DNA of 63,314 nt, the filler included, from Licmophora abbreviata (lineage: Eukaryota): NCBI GenBank assembly GCA_900291995.1. It is 18 parts of 18 records of this genome, joined end to end, with 100 filler letters (N's around TTAATTAATTAA, not from the genome) between each part and the next. Parts side by side here need not be neighbours in the genome. Positions count along the whole stretch, not along the records: positions 1 to 2,348 come from OLMU01001917.1; positions 2,449 to 4,934 come from OLMU01001919.1; positions 5,035 to 6,035 come from OLMU01001920.1; positions 6,136 to 8,550 come from OLMU01001921.1; positions 8,651 to 10,912 come from OLMU01001922.1; 13 more parts are not named here. One strand, written 5' to 3'. Numbering within the stretch: the stretch's first letter is position 1; each line of letters starts with the position of its first letter. The translations under genes were made by a program, and so were the position numbers. The notes beneath the pieces are model-generated. The model searched no databases. It was not told the origin of the DNA and worked only from the letters and a program-made list of their open reading frames with translations. Shown here one piece after another: positions 1 through 8,992 of this stretch.

Positions 1-1
1 G

Positions 2-823
2 GATGGCCCCACTGTGGGTGCCGCCCTGTCGCGTCACCCCGACGTCCAGATGATGTCCTTTACCGGATCGACCCGCGCCGGGATCGCCGTCACACGCGAC
101 GCTGCCGAAACGGTCAAGCGCGTGACGCTGGAACTGGGCGGCAAGTCGCCCAACCTCGTGTTCGCCGACTGCGATCTTGAGACACGGGTGGCGGAGTCTG
201 TGGGCGAATGCATGTTCAACACGGGCCAGTCATGCGACGCGCCAACCCGGCTGTTGGTCGAGCGCGCGTGCTACGAAGACGCGCTGCGCATCGCCAAGCA
301 AACCGCCGAGGGCATCGCTGTCGGCGACCCCGCACAAGACGGCGATCATATCGGCCCGCTCTTCGACGAGATTCAATTCGACCGGGTGCAAGCCATGATC
401 GAAGTCGGGCTTGCCGAGGGGGCGAGGCTTCTGGCCGGTGGCCTTGGCAGGCCCGAGGGTGTCACGACGGGATGGTTCGTTAAGCCCACGATCTTTGCCG
501 ATGTGTCAAACGATATGCGTATCGCCCAGGAAGAGATTTTCGGCCCCGTGCTGGTGATCATTCCGTTCGAAGACGAAGCTGAAGCCATCGAGATCGCGAA
601 CGACACGCCCTACGGACTTGCTGCCTATCTGCAAACCGGAGATCCCGACCGAGCGCTGCGCGTCGCTGGACGGCTGCGCGCCGGGGCAATCCATATCAAC
701 GGCGGTGGCTTCAACTACGGCTCGCCCTTCGGCGGCTACAAGCAGTCCGGCAATGGCCGGGAAGGGGGGCTGATGGGGTTGGAAGACTATCTGGAAACCA
801 AGACGCTGCACGGCCTAGGATGA
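2..823 (+). CDS. Aldehyde dehydrogenase, 5' truncated by the window edge
   Basis: FTGS, ELGGKSP, catalytic GQSC, EEIFGPV and PFGGYKQSG motifs. Confidence 0.93.
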   Translation, partial: DGPTVGAALSRHPDVQMMSFTGSTRAGIAVTRDAAETVKRVTLELGGKSPNLVFADCDLETRVAESVGECMFNTGQSCDAPTRLLVERACYEDALRIAKQTAEGIAVGDPAQDGDHIGPLFDEIQFDRVQAMIEVGLAEGARLLAGGLGRPEGVTTGWFVKPTIFADVSNDMRIAQEEIFGPVLVIIPFEDEAEAIEIANDTPYGLAAYLQTGDPDRALRVAGRLRAGAIHINGGGFNYGSPFGGYKQSGNGREGGLMGLEDYLETKTLHGLG

Positions 824-974
824 AAAACAATAGGATAGAACGGAATCGAGGCCTTGCGCTATATCGCGGCGGAGGCGCCGAAACGGCATCCGCTGGGCGA
901 CCGTGTCATCGGGAGTCGCACGGCAGGAGTCTTCGATGGCACCCCGTTCGAATTGCCATTCCATTGAGGACGAA

Positions 975-2334
975 ATGACGGTCATCACCGAACCCGCCCG
1001 GCAGACCCGGTCATCCATACCACGGACGTCCTGGTGGTCGGATCCGGCCCCGGGGGGGCTTGCCGCAGCTCTCGCGGCAGCGCGGGCCGGGGTCGAGGTC
1101 TGTCTGGTGGAACGGTTTGGCTGTTTCGGCGGCAACATTACCGTTGTCGGGGGCGAGGGTTTTGCCTGGTATCGTCACGAGGCCACTGTCGAGGTGGGCG
1201 GTGTCGGACGCGAATTTGCGGACCGCGCGTGCGACATGGGCGCCGCCGTGCCCTTAAGCCAGTCGCTCAGCTATGAGATCGACAGCGAGGGCTTCAAGCT
1301 CGTCGCCGATCGGCTGGTCGAAGAAGCTGGTGTCCACGGCATGCTGCCCTCCACTTCGTGGCCCCGGTGATGGAGGGCGACCGCATCGCCGGGATAATCG
1401 TCGAGTTGAAGGCGGGGCGCGAGGCGATCCTGGCCCGTGTCGTGATCAACGCGACGGGTGACGCCGACGTGGCGCACCGGGCCGGTGCACCCACCCACAA
1501 GACACCCGCCGAAAACATGCAGGCCGCCAGAGTGATGTTCCACCTGGCCGGGGTCGAAAGGCCGCCTTCATGGCCGAGGTGCGCCGCGACCCACAGACCT
1601 ACAAGGACTGGTCCACCGGCGAATGGACGGTGGAAACCGATGGGAAATAGGACGACATTTTCTCTCCCTTCCTCAAGAAACCCTTTGACAAGGCTATTGA
1701 AGAGGGTGTGATGCCGCCGCATTTGAACACTATCGCCGGGACATGGGGCGCAATCCATGACACGGGTGAACTGACCTATATGAACCTTGTGCATTTGGCG
1801 GGGGTGGACGGCACTGACCCTGACAGCCTGACGCAGGGAGAAATCTAAGGCCGCCGCCAGGCCATCATGGCTATCGAGGCGCTGCGCCGCTTCATGCCAG
1901 GCTGCGGCGGCGTGCGTTTACGGAATTTCGGTATGACCATCGGCATCCGCGACACGCGCAAGATCGACGCTGCCTACAACATTACCGAAACCGACCTGCG
2001 CCAGCAGGGACGGTGCCAAGATTACATCGGCATCTCCCCTGAATTCATTGACGGCTATAGCGTGCTGATCATACCGATTACTGGACGCTACATGCAGATA
2101 CCCTACCGGGCGATGCTGCCCGGCAAGGTCAAGGGCCTGCTGGTAGCGGGTCGCGCCATTGGTGGCGACCACATCGCCCATGCCGCGACGCGCAACATGG
2201 CCTGCTGCGCGGTTGTGGGGCAGGGCGCAGGCGTGGCCGCGGCGCTGGCCGTCCGGTCGGGCCGCAAATTGGCAGAGGTCGACATGGCGGGCTTTCAGGC
2301 TGAACTGGTCCGCCAGGGCGTATGGATCGCCTGA
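975..2334 (+). pseudogene. FAD-dependent oxidoreductase (FAD_oxidored-type), disrupted
   Basis: Fragments DVLVVGSGPGG, ERFGCFGG, ATGDAD and IPYRAM..LVAGR lie in different frames; about 4 frameshifts and in-frame stops at 1648-1650 (TAG) and 1846-1848 (TAA). Confidence 0.85.
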
Positions 2335-2348
2335 TCATGACAGAGCTG

Positions 2349-2448
2349 NNNNNNNNNNNNNNNNNNNNNNNNNNNNNNNNNNNNNNNNNNNNTTAATTAA
2401 TTAANNNNNNNNNNNNNNNNNNNNNNNNNNNNNNNNNNNNNNNNNNNN
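2349..2448. other. Artificial contig spacer (first of 17)
   Basis: N44-TTAATTAATTAA-N44; further copies start at 4935, 6036, 8551, 10913, 16422, 23825, 27911, 29984, 32644, 38363, 41559, 43239, 45325, 53023, 56779 and 61551. Confidence 0.97.
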
Positions 2449-3225
2449 CAGGCTGCCCGGATGGGGGCCGAAGCGGGTTATGATGAGATCAATCTCAATG
2501 TGGGTTGCCCGAGCGACCGGGTGCAATCGGGCACATTCGGTGCGGTTCTGATGAAGGATCCGGGGCTGGTTGCGGAATGCTGTGCCGCGATGATAGAGGC
2601 CAGCCCTGTCGAGGTGACGGTCAAATGCCGGATCGGCGTGGATGACCAAGACCCCGAAACGGTGCTGCCGGAATTTCTGGCCCGGGTCAGTGCAGCTGGC
2701 GTCCAGCGCTTTACCATCCATGCGCGCAAGGCGTGGCTGCAGGGGCTTTCCCCGAAGCAGAACAGGGACATACCGCCGCTGGACTATGATCTGGTTCTGC
2801 GGATGAAGGCGCTGTTCCCTGGGCTTCACCTGTCGATCAATGGTGGGATCACCACGCTTGATCAGGCGCGCGATTTTCTGGAGGCGGGTCTTGATGGCGT
2901 CATGGTGGGGCGCGCGGCCTATCACCAGCCGGCCGATATCCTGTGCGCGGCCGACCGTCTGATCTTTGGCGAGGAAGGGCCGGATACGACGCCGGATGAC
3001 GCCGTTCTGAAGATGTTGCCATATATCGAGGCGCATCTGGCGCAAGGCGGACGACTGCATCAGATCACCCGCCATATGCTTGGGCTTTTTGCCGGGCGTC
3101 CGGGGGCGCGGGCGTGGCGGCGCATCCTGTCCGAGGGTGCGACAAGACCAGATGCCGGGCCGGATCTGGTGCTCGATGCGTTGGCCGAGGTGTCGCAATC
3201 GCCGCCTGCCGAAGCCACGGGCTGA
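2449..3225 (+). CDS. dusA: tRNA-dihydrouridine(20/20a) synthase, 5' part lost in gap
   Basis: INLNVGCPSDRVQ, VKCRIG, HARKAWL.GLSPKQNR, NGGI and GVMVGR motifs. Confidence 0.93.
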   Translation, partial: QAARMGAEAGYDEINLNVGCPSDRVQSGTFGAVLMKDPGLVAECCAAMIEASPVEVTVKCRIGVDDQDPETVLPEFLARVSAAGVQRFTIHARKAWLQGLSPKQNRDIPPLDYDLVLRMKALFPGLHLSINGGITTLDQARDFLEAGLDGVMVGRAAYHQPADILCAADRLIFGEEGPDTTPDDAVLKMLPYIEAHLAQGGRLHQITRHMLGLFAGRPGARAWRRILSEGATRPDAGPDLVLDALAEVSQSPPAEATG

Positions 3226-3357
3226 CATGGCCTGACATGGGCTGAGATCGCCGATAGTGCGCAGGCTCAGTTCACGCGGCATCGCCCGCATCCGGCTTTT
3301 CCTGCCCGGCGCACAGGTGTAAGGCGGGGCTGACCATAATCAAAAAGGCCGCAGATC

Positions 3358-4182
3358 ATGCCCGATACAATGCTGTTGATACAGATGCTTGTCATGCTGA
3401 TGGTAATCGGGGCTTTCGCCGGAGTTCTGGCCGGGCTTCTGGGAGTGGGCGGCGGTATCGTTCTTGTCCCGTCTTTTTTCTACGCCTTTCAGACGCTTGG
3501 ATATGGTGGTCCGCAATTGATGCAGATCTGTCTTGCCACCTCTCTGGCGACGATCATCGTGACATCGCTGCGCTCGGTCCTGAGCCATCACAAGAAAGGC
3601 GCCGTGGATTGGGATATTCTCAAGACCTGGGCGCCCGGGATCGCGATTGGGGCCGTTGTCGGAGTGCTGGTGGCAGCCAGCCTCAAATCCACCACGCTGC
3701 AGGGTGTTTTCGGTGCTCTGGGGATCATTGTGGGCCTTTACCTGGGTCTGGGCCGTGCCCATTGGCGTTTGGGAGCCCAGATGCCATCCGGCCTCACGCG
3801 GGCGCTCATGTCGCCTGTGCTCGGTTTCCTGTCGGTCCTTATGGGCATCGGCGGGGGCAGTTTCGGGGTGCCGATCATGAGCCTTTACGGTGTTGCGATA
3901 CACCGCGCGGTGGCCACGGCTGCGGGGTTCGGGATCACCATTGCAGTCCCCTCGGTCGCGGCCTTCCTGTTTCTGGACATCGCTCCCGAGAACCGTCCCC
4001 CATTGACCTTCGGCGCCGTCAATCTGGTGGCGTTCGTCACGGTTATCGCGATGACGCTGATCACGACCCCTTGGGGGGTACGCCTGGCACATGCGATGGA
4101 TGCGAAGCCCCTGAAACGCATTTTTGCGGTATTCATAACGCTTGTGGCGCTCAACATGCTGCGTAAATCCTTGGGATGGTAG
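3358..4182 (+). CDS. Sulfite exporter TauE/SafE family membrane protein
   Basis: Repeated GLLGVGGG / MGIGGG motifs, about 8 hydrophobic segments. Confidence 0.88.
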   Translation: MPDTMLLIQMLVMLMVIGAFAGVLAGLLGVGGGIVLVPSFFYAFQTLGYGGPQLMQICLATSLATIIVTSLRSVLSHHKKGAVDWDILKTWAPGIAIGAVVGVLVAASLKSTTLQGVFGALGIIVGLYLGLGRAHWRLGAQMPSGLTRALMSPVLGFLSVLMGIGGGSFGVPIMSLYGVAIHRAVATAAGFGITIAVPSVAAFLFLDIAPENRPPLTFGAVNLVAFVTVIAMTLITTPWGVRLAHAMDAKPLKRIFAVFITLVALNMLRKSLGW

Positions 4183-5089
4183 AGGCGCTGTTGCAGAACG
4201 GCTGGAGCCGGTTTCCAGCCGAGCGGGCGGTTGCCGAATGGGCCGCCGCAGCCCGTGTCATGGCCCAAGACGCGATGCGCGACCCCGCCGAGCAGGCCCG
4301 TTGGCTGCGCTGTGGCGGGACATGGTTCGTCGGTGTCGACACCTTGCCGAATGGCCCGGATGGCGCGGTCGCGCAAAGCGGGCCGTTGCAGGGCCGCGCG
4401 CTGGATGCGGCGCGTGGTCTCTATGGGGATCTGGCGCTGCATCGCGGACAGGTTTCGGTCACCTATCTCGGCTATCCGCGCCCATCACAGGACGAGAGTG
4501 AGGCGGCGTTTCGCTACAGGTGTAATCGCGATGCCGCGCATGTGGACGGGCTTTTGGCCGTGGGCGCTGATCGCCGCCGAATGCTGAAAGAGCGCCACGC
4601 CTATATCCTTGGCCTGCCGCTGACCGAAACCGGCCCCGGCGCAAGCCCGATGGTGGTCTGGGAGGGCAGCCATCACATCATGCGCGACATGTTCACCAAA
4701 GCACTTGCAGAGCGGCCTGAGGCCGACTGGGCCGACATCGACCTGACGGAAATGTATCAGGCCTGCCGCCGCGAGGTGTTCGAGACCTGCACGCGCGTGG
4801 AAATCGTCGCGTCTCCGGGCGAAGCCTATCTGGTGCACCGCTTCGCGCTGCATGGCGTGGCGCCATGGGTCGAAGGGGCCAGCGCACCGCCGGAAGGCCG
4901 GATGATCGCCTATTTCAGGCCGGAACTGTCCTCTNNNNNNNNNNNNNNNNNNNNNNNNNNNNNNNNNNNNNNNNNNNNTTAATTAATTAANNNNNNNNNN
5001 NNNNNNNNNNNNNNNNNNNNNNNNNNNNNNNNNNCTATTTCAGGCCGGAACTGTCCTCTGGAAATCGCGACTGGCTCGAACTGCCATAG
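4176..5089 (+). CDS. Conserved hypothetical protein, possible PhyH-like Fe(II)/2-oxoglutarate dioxygenase fold; spans a gap
   Basis: AHVDG, VWEGSH, GEAYLVH..LHG motifs; the next contig repeats the last 25 nt and continues to TAG at 5087-5089. Confidence 0.6.
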
Positions 5090-5119
5090 ACGAGCCACAC
5101 CTGCGACAGACTGTTGCCG

Positions 5120-5362
5120 TCAGTGTTGAGTACGTTTCACACGGGCGGCGCGGCCGCCACGCCGCTTGGCCAGGCTTGGGGCGCGGTCGGGCAGGGCGGC
5201 CATGATCTCGCGCCGTTCGGCGCTCTCCATTCGGGACCAGCGGGCGATTTCATCCATGGTGCGATAGCAGCCGGTGCATATCCGCGCCTCGGGATGCACC
5301 ACGCAGATGCGGACGCAAGGGCTTTCGATCTCGTTCCGGGTCCAGATCTTGTCGTCTTTCAC
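5120..5362 (-). CDS. DUF1289 family small Cys-rich protein
   Basis: SPCVRIC...CTGCYRT.DEI..W motif. Confidence 0.88.
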   Translation of the reverse strand: MKDDKIWTRNEIESPCVRICVVHPEARICTGCYRTMDEIARWSRMESAERREIMAALPDRAPSLAKRRGGRAARVKRTQH

Positions 5363-5835
5363 TGCGCCGCCCTCATATGCGTCAACCGATCCAACACGCC
5401 TTGCAGGATATAGGACGCGGCGACATTGTCGATGACTTCGGCGCGACGCTTTCGTGACGTATCCGCCTCAAGCAGGGCGCGTTCCGCCGCGACCGTCGAT
5501 AAACGCTCATCCCAGAAGGTGATCGGCAATTCCGTCAATGGCTCGAGATTGCGGGCAAAGGCCCGTGTTGACTGACAGCGGGGGCCTTCCGATCCGTCCA
5601 TGTTGCGCGGCAGGCCAAGAACCAGCCCCGCCACCTCGCGCTGTATCGCGATCTCGAGCAGGCGGGCGGCATCGACGGAGAATTTCTTGCGCTTGATCGT
5701 CTCGGTCGGAGTGGCCACCGACAATAGCCTGTCGGATATCGCAACGCCAATGGTCTTGGTGCCCAGATCCAGCCCCATGATTGGATGGCCTTTGCGCAGG
5801 GTCATCGCGAAGGCATCGATCGTGTCACAGATCAT
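5359..5835 (-). CDS. ruvX: YqgF/RuvX pre-16S rRNA nuclease
   Basis: [26 protein letters not shown] and ID.VAA..ILQ motifs. Confidence 0.95.
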   Translation of the reverse strand: MICDTIDAFAMTLRKGHPIMGLDLGTKTIGVAISDRLLSVATPTETIKRKKFSVDAARLLEIAIQREVAGLVLGLPRNMDGSEGPRCQSTRAFARNLEPLTELPITFWDERLSTVAAERALLEADTSRKRRAEVIDNVAASYILQGVLDRLTHMRAAQ

Positions 5836-7031
5836 TGCGCGACACCTGCGGCTTCGGCGGCGTCCTGCACGATCGCCATATCCTCCGGCGTTTCGGAGAA
5901 CAGGTTCTGGGCCTCGGACCAGATGGCGCGCGCCTGATCGGTATCACCCAGAACCCCAAGCGCCCGGATCAGCCGCGCCCAGTCCTCGGCGGTGCCGCCT
6001 TCGGTCGCCAGCCGTTCGGACAGGCCCGTGACCATNNNNNNNNNNNNNNNNNNNNNNNNNNNNNNNNNNNNNNNNNNNNTTAATTAATTAANNNNNNNNN
6101 NNNNNNNNNNNNNNNNNNNNNNNNNNNNNNNNNNNTCCTCGATCCGCTCGCGGATCGGGGCCACCCAAGGCGCATCGGGTCTGCTCTCGCGAAGCAAGGC
6201 ATCCCATGTGCGGAAGGCGGCATCCGGCCGGTCCACCTGCATGAGGTAGAGACCCAAGTAATACCGCGCGGGCGGGTTGCGCGGATCACGCTCCAGGGCT
6301 GCGCGCAGCGCCGATTCAGCTTCGCTCGAGACATAGCCGCCGGTGGCGGAAATCATCAATTCCGCCAGATAGGCGTAATCCGAGGCGCTCGCCTCGTCAC
6401 CCTTGACTTCGATGATGCGGTTCTGTGCGTTATAGGCGGCTATATAGTCGCCAAGACCGGCCTCGTTGCGCGCCAGAAGGGTCAGGCCGCGCAGATCGTC
6501 GGGGCGGCTCTTCACGGTCTCGCGCAATTGCTCCATCAGGGTCAAGAATTGTTCGGTGGCGTTCGGATTGGCCGGCGCGGGCGGCATGCGGCTTTCCGCC
6601 TCCGACTGGCTCAGGCGGTTGGCTCTCGCCGCATCGGATTCCGCAATCCGCGTCTTCAGTGGCAAATCGCGATAGCCCGGTGCGCCAATCTCGGTATAGA
6701 CCCAGACCGATCCCGCCGCGAGCACAGCGCCAAGCGCCACCGCAACGATCAGCCCGCCACGGCCCGGTTGTCCCCCGGTCTCGCCGCCGTCCTGCAATTG
6801 CGCATCCGCCGCAAGCACGCGCCGCGAGATTTCGGCGCGCATCCGCTCGGCATCCTCGGTGCCGATCACGCCGCGGGCCAGATCACGGTCCACTTCCTTG
6901 AGCTGGTCGCGATAGACCTGCAAGTCATATGCGGCCGGAGGCTTGTCGCCCACGCGTCCCCGCATCAGGGTCAGCCCGATTATGACACTGACCACGAGCG
7001 CAAGCGCGCCACTGACGATCCAGAAAACCAT
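5832..7031 (-). CDS. ccmI: c-type cytochrome biogenesis protein CcmI/CycH; spans a gap
   Basis: N-terminal [18 protein letters not shown], second TM, TPR-like region, C-terminal MV.GL.ERL..EGG..EDWARLI. Confidence 0.88.
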
Positions 7032-7248
7032 GCGTCCCCTCCGGTAAATCTGCGCCCTAGTTAACGACGCCGGCCCGCGGAAAAAAGGGGCAAAGCGGCG
7101 CAGGGCGACTAGCGCCTTGCGCGTTGATGTCGCAATGTCGCTATTCGGGTGTTTTATGCCGCGCGGAGTATCCTTTAAGCGACGCTTGTGGCGCATTACC
7201 CTGACAGGGCAGATCGCCTGCGATTCCAACCTTGTTCAGAGAGCGCGC

Positions 7249-8493
7249 ATGAAACGTTATTCCGCCTTTGCCGTCGCCCGCGAAGCCCTGCGCTACCATA
7301 TGGGCTGGGAACGGGCCTGGGCCTCGCCCGAGCCGAAAAAGAAATACGATGTCATCATCGTTGGTGCAGGCGGGCATGGTCTGGCCACGGCCTATTACCT
7401 GGGCCGGAATTTCGGGATCACCAATGTGGCGGTTCTCGAGAAGGGCTGGCTTGGTGGCGGCAATACGGGCCGTAACACCACGATCATCCGTTCAAACTAT
7501 CTCCAGGATCCGTCGGCGGCGATCTACGAAAAGTCGCGCAGCCTTTACGAGACGCTGAGTCAGGATCTGAACTACAACGTCATGTATAGCCCTCGTGGAG
7601 TGATGATGCTGGCCCAAACCCAGCACGAGATCCGCGGCTACGAGCGGACCGCGCATGCCAATGCGCTGCAGGGTGTTTCGACCGAATTCATCTCGCCGTC
7701 GCGCGTGAAGGAACTGGTGCCGATCATCAATATCGACGGGCCGCGCTATCCTGTTCTCGGGGCGCTTTGGCAGCCGCGTGCGGGCACGGCCCGCCATGAC
7801 GCGGTGGCCTGGGGTTATGCGCGGGCCTGCAGTGCCATGGGCATGCATATCATCCAGAAATGCGAAGTGACCGGTATCAGCCGCGAGGGTGGCAAGGTGA
7901 CCGGCGTGACCACAAATCGCGGTGATATCGCCTGTGACAAGCTGGGCATCGTGGTTGCGGGCCATTCGGGGCATCTGGCTGACATGGCGGGCTTCCGCCT
8001 GCCGGTGGAATCGGTGGCCCTTCAGGCGCTGGTCAGCGAACCGATCAAGCCCTGCATGGATGTGGTCGTGATGGCCAACACCGTGCATGGCTACATGAGC
8101 CAGTCCGACAAGGGCGAGATGGTGATCGGCGGCGGCGCAGATGGCTACAACAACTTCACGCAGCGCGGCAGCTTCCATCACATCGAGGAAACCGTGCGTG
8201 CGCTGGTCGAGACCTTCCCGATGATCTCACGCCTCAAGATGCTGCGCCAGTGGGGCGGGATTGTGGACATGACCGGTGACCGCTCGCCGATCCTGTCGCG
8301 CACCCCGGTCGAAGGCGTGTTCATCAATTGTGGCTGGGGAACCGGCGGGTTCAAGGCGATTCCCGGCTCGGGTTGGGGCTTTGCCGAATTGATGGCCAAG
8401 GGCCATGCGCCGCTCTGCGATGAATTCAGCCTGAACCGGTTCCGTGAGGGCCGCTTCATCGACGAAAGCGTGGCCGCGGGGGTGGCGCACTGA
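7249..8493 (+). CDS. soxB: Sarcosine oxidase family, beta subunit
   Basis: GAGGHG, GGGNTGRNT and GWGTGGFK motifs; first gene of a soxBDAG operon. Confidence 0.93.
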   Translation: MKRYSAFAVAREALRYHMGWERAWASPEPKKKYDVIIVGAGGHGLATAYYLGRNFGITNVAVLEKGWLGGGNTGRNTTIIRSNYLQDPSAAIYEKSRSLYETLSQDLNYNVMYSPRGVMMLAQTQHEIRGYERTAHANALQGVSTEFISPSRVKELVPIINIDGPRYPVLGALWQPRAGTARHDAVAWGYARACSAMGMHIIQKCEVTGISREGGKVTGVTTNRGDIACDKLGIVVAGHSGHLADMAGFRLPVESVALQALVSEPIKPCMDVVVMANTVHGYMSQSDKGEMVIGGGADGYNNFTQRGSFHHIEETVRALVETFPMISRLKMLRQWGGIVDMTGDRSPILSRTPVEGVFINCGWGTGGFKAIPGSGWGFAELMAKGHAPLCDEFSLNRFREGRFIDESVAAGVAH

Positions 8494-8507
8494 TGACGGC
8501 CCCACGC

Positions 8508-8550
8508 GCAAAATTCTTCGAAGAATTTTGCCAAGGCTTTTCGAAAAGCC
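8508..8550. repeat. Tandem AT-rich palindromes
   Basis: Perfect 24-bp GCAAAATTCTTCGAAGAATTTTGC (8508-8531) and 16-bp GGCTTTTCGAAAAGCC (8535-8550), ending at a contig break. Confidence 0.75.
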
Positions 8551-8662
8551 NNNNNNNNNNNNNNNNNNNNNNNNNNNNNNNNNNNNNNNNNNNNTTAATT
8601 AATTAANNNNNNNNNNNNNNNNNNNNNNNNNNNNNNNNNNNNNNNNNNNNCGGAGGCACGAC

Positions 8663-8992
8663 ATGCTGATCCTGACCTGCCCCTGCTGCGGCGTGACCGC
8701 CGAGGAAACCGAGTTCCACCCCGGTGGCGAAGCCCATGTAAAGCGCTTCGGCCCTGGATCGAACGATGACGAGTTTCACAGCTATCTGTTCGAAAAGGTG
8801 AACCCGAAGGGCGTGCATTTCGAACGCTGGCGCCATGCCAATGGCTGCGGCAAGTGGTTTAACGCGGCGCGCTGCACCGTGACCCTCGAGGTGTTCGGGA
8901 CATATTCGGCGCAGACCACCGAGCCGCCGCAAGACATCAAGGACAAAATCTCGGCCAAGCGGCCGGGCTGGAGCTGGAGAGAGTTCGCATGA
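8663..8992 (+). CDS. soxD: Sarcosine oxidase family, delta subunit
   Basis: CPCCG and ERWRH..GC zinc-binding motifs. Confidence 0.93.
   Translation: MLILTCPCCGVTAEETEFHPGGEAHVKRFGPGSNDDEFHSYLFEKVNPKGVHFERWRHANGCGKWFNAARCTVTLEVFGTYSAQTTEPPQDIKDKISAKRPGWSWREFA

Noticed and set aside
3221..3250. 10-bp tandem repeat (G/C)CTGACATGG at the dusA stop
   Set aside because: Only two good copies and one degenerate copy; compatible with local slippage.
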